Shown here piece by piece: positions 38,679-45,577 of a stretch of DNA of 46,236 bases. The first letter of the stretch is position 1; the number at the start of each line of letters is the position of its first letter. The notes below the pieces were generated by a model. The model saw only the letters and a list, made by a program, of their open reading frames with translations, was not told the origin of the DNA and ran no database searches. The stretch is from a virus (Duplodnaviria > Caudoviricetes), in IMG/VR virus record IMGVR_UViG_3300035180_002546, positions 1 to 46,236 of that record; one strand, written 5' to 3'. The position numbers and the translations under genes are program-made.

Positions 38679-38725
38679 TTTTCCACATCTAACCGCTTGC
38701 ATACATTTTAGCGGTTAGATATACT
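38679..38725 (+). promoter_or_regulatory. DnaA-like box, inverted-repeat operator and promoter
   Basis: TTTTCCACA, then TCTAACCGCT..AGCGGTTAGA flanking the -35 of TTGCAT-17 nt-TATACT. Confidence 0.65.
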
Positions 38726-38765
38726 AAAGAAGTCGATCATTATTAGGTATGGAATAATTAACACT

Positions 38766-38912
38766 ATGAAAAATAAGCCAAAGAATCCAGCAGCAGTAGC
38801 ACTTGGATCCTTAGGAGGAAAGGCATCCTCAAAAGCGCTCACAAAGGCACAGCGCGTTGCACGTTCAAAGAAAGCGGTCGCAGTACGGGAACAAAAGAGA
38901 GCATTGAAATGA
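38766..38912 (+). CDS. 48-aa basic KGG-like protein
   Basis: MKNKPKNPAAVALGSLGGKASSKALTKAQRVARSKKAVAVR...; ATGA overlap with the next gene. Confidence 0.7.
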   Translation: MKNKPKNPAAVALGSLGGKASSKALTKAQRVARSKKAVAVREQKRALK

Positions 38913-39406
38913 AATCAGAAGGCTTTCTAAATCGCGGTACAAGCACGCTAGGAGGGGCTTCAACCCTTAATCGAGGAAATACTCGTCTAGGGTCCCAAAG
39001 TCGTATCAGGCACTCAGCAGGACGCTCAGGACGAATGGTACACGGCGTAGAGATATGGTCCCTCCAAGAAGCCGATAAAAAGATCAAGGAGTACATATTT
39101 AAGCGAGATGGATACAAATGTGTCGTAACAGGAGACTTAGACTTCCTCACCCCAGCCCACTTTCATGGCCGAGGAAACTACGCAGTACGTTTTGATCCGG
39201 ACAACCTCATCACTCTCAACCTATGGACACACCAGGTATGGGAGACAAAGGAGATGAAAGAAACTGAACATAAGGACTTTATGATCAAATTCTTGGGTGA
39301 AAAACGCTTCAGACACCTCAATTGGAAAGCAAACCGTCCAATGACAAAGGAGAAAAGTATCATCGAGTGCATGAAATTCTTGGGAGCATTACCAGTAAAC
39401 AAATAA
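38909..39406 (+). CDS. NinG/Rap-like HNH recombination nuclease
   Basis: ADKKIKEYIFKRDGYKCVVTG..AHFHGRG..VRFDPDNLITL..H; most zinc-ligand Cys are absent. Confidence 0.7.
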   Translation: MKSEGFLNRGTSTLGGASTLNRGNTRLGSQSRIRHSAGRSGRMVHGVEIWSLQEADKKIKEYIFKRDGYKCVVTGDLDFLTPAHFHGRGNYAVRFDPDNLITLNLWTHQVWETKEMKETEHKDFMIKFLGEKRFRHLNWKANRPMTKEKSIIECMKFLGALPVNK

Positions 39407-39409
39407 ACT

Positions 39410-39607
39410 ATGGACAATGAAAAAATAGGCATAACTTACCAAGCAGATGAACTAGAAGTGAGAGATGATCGCCATATCTTTTATGGAAGAGAACTTAGTG
39501 GAAAACAATTAGTCATCATCCCTAAAAATGCCTACAAGATGTTTGAAACTGACTCAACCTATGTATTAGAAATGATCCCTTGGCAAGAAAGGGAACCTAA
39601 AAACTAA
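39410..39607 (+). CDS. Hypothetical protein
   Basis: 65-aa ORF between the ninG-like gene and recA. Confidence 0.5.
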   Translation: MDNEKIGITYQADELEVRDDRHIFYGRELSGKQLVIIPKNAYKMFETDSTYVLEMIPWQEREPKN

Positions 39608-39611
39608 CCCT

Positions 39612-40670
39612 ATGGCAGCAAAAAAGAAAGCAGGAAAACAAATAGGTCTTAGTGTAGAAGAGACTCTCAAAGAGATCAATAGTAAGTTCGGTGCAGGAAC
39701 CGTAGGAACGCTTGAAGGAGCGGCTATGGACATCGAGTCAATCACGACTGGATCGTTTGGTCTCGACCTCGCACTCGGAGTCGGTGGACTTCCCAAAGGT
39801 CGCCTCGTAGAAATATCAGGTATGGAAGCATCGGGTAAGACAACTCTTGCCCTCCATGTGGTAGCAGAAGCACAAAAAGCAGGGGGATTGTGTGCCTTTA
39901 TAGACGCAGAACACGCCCTAGATCCTCTATACGCCCAAAAGATAGGGGTAAATACTGCAAACCTCATCATCAATCAACCAGACAACGGTGAGCAAGCCTT
40001 GGAGATTGTAGAGACAATGGTACGAAGTGAAAAGTTCTCTGTAATCGTCGTTGACTCCGTAGCTTCCCTTACCCCAAAGGCAGAACTTGAAGGCGAAATG
40101 GGAGATGCAAACATTGCACGTTTGGCACGCCTCCTTGGCCACGGCCTTCGTGTATTGGTCCCATTGGTATCAAAGAGTGATACAGTCCTCATCTTCATTA
40201 ACCAGATCCGAACCAATCCAGGAGCATTTCCTGGTACAAACCCAGAATACACACCAGGAGGAAAGGCATTAAAGTTCTACTCATCGGTCCGTATCGACAT
40301 GCGTAGAATCTCACAGATCAAAAAAGGAGAAGAGATAGTCGGATCACGAACACGAGCAAAAGTAACTAAGAACAAAGTATCTGCACCATACCGTCAGACA
40401 GAATTTGACATCATGTATGGACAGGGTATCTCATTTGAAGGTGAACTTCTTGTAACGGGTGAAAAATATGGCGTTATTTCAAAGAGTGGACACTCATACA
40501 AGTACGGAGAAACTGTACTTGGAAGAGGCTATGACTCAAGTCGTATCTACCTACGCCAAAACAAAGACATTGCTACCCTCATCAAGCAACAGATCGTAAG
40601 CGCAATCGAAGCAGAAAAGGTCGAACTATCTGAACAAGACATTGAAAGTAGTAACGAAGCAGGAGAATAA
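39612..40670 (+). CDS. recA: Recombinase A
   Basis: [53 protein letters not shown] and [12 protein letters not shown]. Confidence 0.97.
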   Translation: MAAKKKAGKQIGLSVEETLKEINSKFGAGTVGTLEGAAMDIESITTGSFGLDLALGVGGLPKGRLVEISGMEASGKTTLALHVVAEAQKAGGLCAFIDAEHALDPLYAQKIGVNTANLIINQPDNGEQALEIVETMVRSEKFSVIVVDSVASLTPKAELEGEMGDANIARLARLLGHGLRVLVPLVSKSDTVLIFINQIRTNPGAFPGTNPEYTPGGKALKFYSSVRIDMRRISQIKKGEEIVGSRTRAKVTKNKVSAPYRQTEFDIMYGQGISFEGELLVTGEKYGVISKSGHSYKYGETVLGRGYDSSRIYLRQNKDIATLIKQQIVSAIEAEKVELSEQDIESSNEAGE

Positions 40671-40671
40671 T

Positions 40672-41064
40672 ATGGATTTATTCAAAATTGTAGTAGTAAC
40701 CGCCTTCGTTCTCATATTGATTTTTGCAGTTATAAAGAGCTGTAAAAAGGAATATATAGAGGGAGATGGTGAACCTCTCATACCCGCACCACGATACGAT
40801 CACGATGACATGATTGATTCAATGATTTATCTAACGCACTCAAAAAACTACCACTCACTACCTCCTCTTAAAAATCTATCCAAAGAGAAGCTACCGGATA
40901 ATCAATCAATACCAGGGGTACTATGCTTCACCATAGACGACAATGGTCCAGATGAGATCACTGTCTACAATCGAGCAGGAGAACCAACGACAATACAGGG
41001 TTATGAAACTTCAAAAGGAATCGACATCGACACATTACAAGCACCTAACGTAGCATCAAAATAG
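40672..41064 (+). CDS. Membrane-anchored hypothetical protein
   Basis: ATG directly after the recA stop; N-terminal TM helix. Confidence 0.55.
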   Translation: MDLFKIVVVTAFVLILIFAVIKSCKKEYIEGDGEPLIPAPRYDHDDMIDSMIYLTHSKNYHSLPPLKNLSKEKLPDNQSIPGVLCFTIDDNGPDEITVYNRAGEPTTIQGYETSKGIDIDTLQAPNVASK

Positions 41065-41065
41065 T

Positions 41066-41101
41066 ATGGCAAGATTTACTATTGAACAATATGAAATATA
41101 T
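41066..41101 (+). pseudogene. 5' stub (MARFTIEQYEIY) of the gene interrupted by the IS, probably the DUF1064 gene
   Basis: ATG 2 nt after the previous stop; the frame runs into the IS inverted repeat. Confidence 0.5.
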
Positions 41102-41130
41102 GGGATTGTACTAGATGACGGTAGCTTATG

Positions 41131-41157
41131 TAAAACCACCCAATCCGGGTGGTTTTA
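41131..41157. terminator. Bidirectional terminator just inside the IS end
   Basis: TAAAACCACCC-AATCC-GGGTGGTTTTA. Confidence 0.75.
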
Positions 41158-41159
41158 AT

Positions 41160-41522
41160 TTACTTCGATACTTCCGACTTCTTTATGACCCTCTTCAGGT
41201 GTCCGGCACTGAGCGCAAGACCGATCAGAAATAGTATTAACAATCCCTGTACTTGTAGCATCCCAATACCAATTATAAAAAGTACTGATATGGTGATTAA
41301 ATTGTCCGTATGCTTTATAGGATCTTTCTTGAGTTTAGTACCTTCACTAATAATCAAGATTCCCAAGAAAATGATTACTAAAGCAGCAAGAAATCCAACG
41401 GATTCAATTTGGTATAGCAACATAATTATCACAGCATTTACTATACCGGATAGTATTGCCAATCCTCCAACAACAAAAGATTCGATTTTCAAAATACGAA
41501 GAGTTTTATCTATTTTTGTCAT
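41160..41522 (-). CDS. Cargo membrane protein with about 4 TM helices (120 aa)
   Basis: MTKIDKTLRILKIESFVVGG...; four hydrophobic segments. The ATG at 41522 is preferred over 41552. Confidence 0.7.
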   Translation of the reverse strand: MTKIDKTLRILKIESFVVGGLAILSGIVNAVIIMLLYQIESVGFLAALVIIFLGILIISEGTKLKKDPIKHTDNLITISVLFIIGIGMLQVQGLLILFLIGLALSAGHLKRVIKKSEVSK

Positions 41523-41636
41523 ACCTGCAAGGTTTTTACTTAATAAATGCAAAACACCGCCACGGAGGTGGAAAACCTTGCAGGGTAAACCACTCCGTAG
41601 CGGAGCTTCAACTGCAAGGTTTAGATATTGTTTTGT
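41523..41636 (-). ncRNA. C4/CI-like antisense leader RNA
   Basis: The stem-loop loop CCUGCAAGGUUUU is complementary to an upstream copy and to a copy abutting the ATG. A TGnTATACT promoter lies at 41651-41643. Confidence 0.6.
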
Positions 41637-41684
41637 ACCTGTAGTATATCAGAGTTATGCACTTGTGTAGTTACGTAACACTGC

Positions 41685-41715
41685 TTGACAGGGAGCGTTC
41701 CCTGCGTAGTATACT
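41685..41715 (+). promoter_or_regulatory. Divergent promoter with a dyad in the spacer
   Basis: TTGACA-19 nt-TATACT; CAGGGA-GCGT-TCCCTG overlaps the spacer. Confidence 0.5.
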
Positions 41716-41807
41716 GAAAGTATTATCAATGGACCCAAAGACTGAAAAAGCCGCTATTGATCAGATAACGGCTCCTCAGTGAGTAATGACGAAAAAACAA
41801 AATCTGT

Positions 41808-41846
41808 GACGACGGCCTCAGGAAATTTCCTGAGGTTTGTTGTTTC
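41808..41846 (+). terminator. Hairpin/terminator between convergent cargo transcripts
   Basis: GACGACGGCCTCAGGAA-AT-TTCCTGAGGTTTGTTGTTT. Confidence 0.55.
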
Positions 41847-41863
41847 TCCTCAAAGAACAGGTA

Positions 41864-41974
41864 CTACCGGTACACCGTCTCACGAACAGTAGTACGAGGA
41901 TTACGACGAGCGTATTCTTCAGTAACTATATGCCCAGTGATGGCGTCACGATAGATGTAGTAAAGTTTGGTCAT
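41864..41974 (-). CDS. 36-aa small protein of the RDAxTGx(F/I)..AxxxPxTTVxET type
   Basis: MTKLYYIYRDAITGHIVTEEYARRNPRTTVRETVYR. AT-rich leader before ATG 41974; the upstream 42130 start runs through structured RNA. Confidence 0.65.
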   Translation of the reverse strand: MTKLYYIYRDAITGHIVTEEYARRNPRTTVRETVYR

Positions 41975-41994
41975 AAATAATTTATGTTCAAAAT

Positions 41995-42276
41995 TACTTC
42001 TACTAACTGGTTTCCAGGATGCACTACCGACGGCTATCCGGCGAATTGAGGGTAGTTCACCAACTCGGGTCACCATAAACGAAAAAATCGCGTTGACTGA
42101 AGACAACACCAAGGAGAATTGAAGATTCATTGTAGTAAAAATTCTATCCCTTTGATTGCTACACCAAGGTTTCCCTCGATGTTGCCTTCAACAAACGCGA
42201 TTAGTTTTGGATTAAATTTTACTTCATTGATTCTTCTTCAATAATTACACGATTACTCGCGCTTCTTAGTGTAGCA
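41995..42276 (-). ncRNA. Candidate large structured RNA with three interlaced helices and a downstream pseudoknot
   Basis: Pairings 42265-76/42157-68, 42209-42/42118-49 and 42171-202/42086-118; most deviations are G-U pairs on the minus strand. Promoter TTGCAA-18 nt-TATAAT is at 42311-42282. Confidence 0.65.
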
Positions 42277-42325
42277 GTAACATTATAAACCACTTTTAAT
42301 ATCTATTGCAAGCATTTTTCCACAA

Positions 42326-42622
42326 CTACACAGTAACTACTTCCCGATACTCCTCTTCAGTAAGGTTGAGATCGCATACTCGGCAATGGTAGATATATTC
42401 GGTATGTTCGACATTACCACTGTCGATATTCACACCCCCCTTATACTTATCGAACGCCTCATAGAAGCACGCTGGGCATTGCACTGTAACCATAGTCCAT
42501 TTTTGTGCCAATACACCTTGTGGTGCATTTTCAATCATACAAACTGCTATATCAGTCTCAGAGAGATTCTGAGCGGCAAATCTACTTGCTGCACTAGAAA
42601 CTTTTGTTCGAGGAAATTCCAT
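42326..42622 (-). CDS. Cargo zinc-ribbon protein
   Basis: CPAC...CRVC; 98 aa. Confidence 0.6.
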   Translation of the reverse strand: MEFPRTKVSSAASRFAAQNLSETDIAVCMIENAPQGVLAQKWTMVTVQCPACFYEAFDKYKGGVNIDSGNVEHTEYIYHCRVCDLNLTEEEYREVVTV

Positions 42623-42639
42623 ATAGGAATTATACCACG

Positions 42640-43578
42640 CTATTTATTGTCATTGTCTTCAGTTTCAGTAAATGGCAACTGCATCGTATCTCCAAATTTA
42701 GGCGATGCTCTTTGTAGCATTCTATAAAAACCGTCCCATGTTGTAGATCCTCTCATGAGAAAGATAAGATTTTCAAGATGTCTTTTTAGTTCCGGTGTTC
42801 CAAAATCTTCTGTCATATATTGATGATGAGTGCGCGCTCTATGCCCAGATATTTGACGCGGATTGAGTTCTTTGAGTTTCGCAACCACTCCAGGTGCAAG
42901 ACGTGAGTACACGATATCATTTGTCCAATGTCCAATATAACTGGGCTTGTTCTTTGTTGCCGGAGGATATGTCATATTCTTGAGACGGAATAGCTGTTGA
43001 TAAAATTCATCAGGAAATCTCTTTGTCCATTTTGCATATTCACCAGTGATGTATTTATCAAGGATCTTTTGAAGCGCATCTCGATCTCGTATCTCTTGAT
43101 ATCCGGTTGCCTCATCAACAAGTGCAACAATACCTACTACAGCAAGTCCCCTGACGAGGATTTCACATTGTTTTGCAATATGCTTTTGTCTTGGATTCAA
43201 AGCACCATTCTCTCTTGCCTCAAGAACAGCATTACAGATATCTGGTAACAGTGTTGCCTCATATCCGTTTGCTGTTTTTCCAGTAGGAAGTTTGAATACG
43301 AGTGGACTTTTCGTGCGCGTTAGCACTTCTGTTGAAATATAAGGCTTTAATGACTGTGTTTGTGCAAATTGCTCTAGTTTATTGATTGGTTGCGCGTTAG
43401 CACTTTGGAGTTGTTTTCGGCCACCTCCAGTGGACATTCCTAGTGCGGTAAGCATATCACTTTGTATTAGTACTCGCGTACCATCTTCCAAGACATATGC
43501 CTGTAATTCAAGCTTTCCGATTTTAAGAGGACGATCTGCCGCTCCGAATATAGCTTTGTTTATTTTTTCTGTTTCCAT
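42640..43578 (-). CDS. P63C-domain protein (Mx8 p63 C-terminal family)
   Basis: AYVLEDGTRVL, VGIVALVDEATGYQEIR, WTKRFPDEFY, TNDIVYSRLAPGV and HHQYMT. Confidence 0.88.
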   Translation of the reverse strand: METEKINKAIFGAADRPLKIGKLELQAYVLEDGTRVLIQSDMLTALGMSTGGGRKQLQSANAQPINKLEQFAQTQSLKPYISTEVLTRTKSPLVFKLPTGKTANGYEATLLPDICNAVLEARENGALNPRQKHIAKQCEILVRGLAVVGIVALVDEATGYQEIRDRDALQKILDKYITGEYAKWTKRFPDEFYQQLFRLKNMTYPPATKNKPSYIGHWTNDIVYSRLAPGVVAKLKELNPRQISGHRARTHHQYMTEDFGTPELKRHLENLIFLMRGSTTWDGFYRMLQRASPKFGDTMQLPFTETEDNDNK

Positions 43579-43579
43579 G

Positions 43580-44446
43580 TTATCTAATTGTTATTGCTTT
43601 TAATATGAGCGCGTCGAACACATCCTGCTGATTTCGCCGGTTATACCGGAAGCAGAACTCGTCGATGTAGCGGTTGAGGTGTTTATCGGTCACATGGTGG
43701 TACTGACCGATGATGCCGCGCTTCAAAAGCGCCCAGAAGCCCTCAATCGTGTTTGTATGTGCATCTCCGATCACATACTCGCCGCGGCCATGTCGAACCT
43801 TTGAGTGTTCGTATTTCTTCTTGTGAAGTCCGGTATAGCCGCCCCATTCGTCAGTCATGATCCGTGACCCTTCTTTTACTTGTTGTTTGATGATCCGCTG
43901 GAGAGACTTGGCAGACACATCTTTCACTTTGCCTGCTCGGACCGAACCACCACGCATCAGTAATCCAAATACCGCAGTCTTGTCCTTAGTGCTACGTCCC
44001 TGGTTGTCTCTCAGTCGTTTATTGAAATGTTTGTTTTTAGACTTTCCCCCGATATATGTTTCATCTGCCTCTATAATGCCTTCGAGCATATCACCGTCAT
44101 CGATCATTGCCTTACGAATGCGCATAAGCATGAGCCATGCAGTGTTTTTGTTTACCTCGATATCGCGTGCCAATTGACGGGCACTGATACCTTTGCGAGC
44201 ATTGAGTACCAGTGCGATCGCGAGAAACCATCGCTGGAGGTCAATCTTTGTCTTATGAAAAATAGTGCTCACGGTTACCGAAAAAGAGGTATTGCAAGCA
44301 TTGCAGTGATGACGGTGTTCGTTCGGTGTTACCCGGCGTGATTTGCAGTATGGACACCAAGGCTTGCCATGCCAACGCACTTCTTCAAGATGCGCAAGGC
44401 ACGCATCAGGCGTAGGAAACTGTTTGTAGATTGATATGATATTCAT
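43580..44446 (-). CDS. IS1595-family (ISXO2-like) DDE transposase
   Basis: Zinc ribbon CPYC..CNAC, an HTH, IEADETYIGGK, IMTDEWGGY, HTNTIEGFWALLKR and YIDEFCFRYN. Confidence 0.95.
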   Translation of the reverse strand: MNIISIYKQFPTPDACLAHLEEVRWHGKPWCPYCKSRRVTPNEHRHHCNACNTSFSVTVSTIFHKTKIDLQRWFLAIALVLNARKGISARQLARDIEVNKNTAWLMLMRIRKAMIDDGDMLEGIIEADETYIGGKSKNKHFNKRLRDNQGRSTKDKTAVFGLLMRGGSVRAGKVKDVSAKSLQRIIKQQVKEGSRIMTDEWGGYTGLHKKKYEHSKVRHGRGEYVIGDAHTNTIEGFWALLKRGIIGQYHHVTDKHLNRYIDEFCFRYNRRNQQDVFDALILKAITIR

Positions 44447-44476
44447 AGTAAAAGATAGTCGCTACCTTTATATGGG

Positions 44477-44505
44477 TATCCTATCAGGTACTATAAACCC
44501 TGTCA
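44477..44505 (-). promoter_or_regulatory. Transposase promoter
   Basis: Minus-strand TTGACA-17 nt-TAGGAT just inside the IR; coordinates approximate to 1-2 nt. Confidence 0.6.
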
Positions 44506-44538
44506 AACTTAATCACTACCTATATCTAGTACAATCCC

Positions 44539-44805
44539 AATTTTTATACTAAGCTCAAAACTCTCAAACATGCACATGATCCAAAAGATCGTATTACGCT
44601 GATTATTCCTCAGTTTCCTATTGACGTGTATATTAAGGGAAAGCATGTCTTTACTTATATTGTAGATTTCAAGGTCTCTACAGCATCTGGAGAGTGGAAA
44701 TATTATGACGTTAAGGGGATGAAATCTGGATCTGCATATGCAATGTTTCGACTAAAAAAGAAATGTGTAGAGGCGCAGGAGGGTATAGAAATTATAGAAG
44801 TATGA
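44539..44805 (+). pseudogene. 3' part of a DUF1064-family (PD-(D/E)XK-like) gene truncated by the IS
   Basis: NFYTKLKTLK..PQFPIDV..FTYIVDFKV..YYDVKGMKS..MFRLKKKCVEAQEGIEIIEV*. Confidence 0.8.
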
Positions 44806-44828
44806 TCAATTCAACATAAAACAACCTA

Positions 44829-45022
44829 AAACATTTATTCCATCCGCTCACCCTGAGCTGTTCTATGGCCAAAATAATGAGGGAGTATTTTCATACAAGT
44901 GCATTTAATGAGTACCTAGAGTGGGGAGCTATCGACTATGATCTAAGACTCGTTCATTTCATAGTACGCCCGATCAAAGTATGTTTCAGGATACCCATGG
45001 TGGACGGATAGAGGAAATGTTT
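44829..45022 (+). ncRNA. Candidate structured RNA upstream of terS
   Basis: Closing stem AAACATTT..ATCCGCTCACC / GGTGGACGGAT..AAATGTTT, several inner stems and a pseudoknot; G-U pairs fit the + strand. Confidence 0.5.
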
Positions 45023-45076
45023 GTATTATTTGAGTATATACATCTGAAAATGATTTTTTAGATTTTATATCTAGGT

Positions 45077-45577
45077 ATGGAAAAGAATAAAACAACTACT
45101 GAAAACAATAAGAAAAGTAAGAAAGGTGGTAAACAACCTGGTGCTGGTAGACCGAAAGGTATGAAAAACAAAGCCACTCTTGAAAAAGAGGATTTTCTCA
45201 AAGCCTTTCAGGAAGGAGTACAAAAGCGCACAATGGGATTACTCAGTGCCCAATCGTTTCTTGCTCATGGAACACTGAAAGTATTTCGTATTGATACTAG
45301 AACTGTTGGAAAAGGAAAAGATGCAAAACGTATACGCGAGAAGCCGGTTATTGTAGAAAGTGATGAGGAAATAATTGCAGCACTAGACTATGCTTTCGCT
45401 CAAGGGGAATCACCAAATGATGACGACACATACTACTTCATCTCTACAAAAGACCCAGATAATCAAGCGATCAACTCTCTCCTTGATCGAACTTTTGGAA
45501 AACCAAAAGAACAGATTGCTATTAAACATAGTGGATCAGTATCTCTTCTTGATTTACATAATGCGGTAAAAAGCTAA
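45077..45577 (+). CDS. terS: Terminase small subunit
   Basis: GGKQPGAGRPKG N-terminus and LLDRTFGKPK..HSG C-terminus; TAATG coupling to terL. Confidence 0.8.
   Translation: MEKNKTTTENNKKSKKGGKQPGAGRPKGMKNKATLEKEDFLKAFQEGVQKRTMGLLSAQSFLAHGTLKVFRIDTRTVGKGKDAKRIREKPVIVESDEEIIAALDYAFAQGESPNDDDTYYFISTKDPDNQAINSLLDRTFGKPKEQIAIKHSGSVSLLDLHNAVKS

Larger units (their letters stand above)
41102..44538 (-). mobile_element. IS1595-family transposon with passenger genes (about 3.4 kb)
   Basis: Terminal IRs (T)GGGATTGTACTAGAT-nnn-GGTAG at 41101-41124 and 44516-44539. Transposase lies next to one IR, and cargo is on the minus strand. Confidence 0.9.

Noticed and set aside
41101-41118. GIVLDD in the stub frame as the DUF1064 DGIxFD motif
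   Set aside because: These codons lie inside the IS inverted repeat, so the resemblance is coincidental.
41149-41670. 173-aa + strand ORF inside the IS
   Set aside because: It is antisense to the 4-TM gene and its RNA leader, starts within a terminator and has no motif.
42086-42276. Retron msr-msd or DGR template as the identity of the interlaced repeats
   Set aside because: No reverse transcriptase is present in the genome, and the repeat order fits neither architecture.
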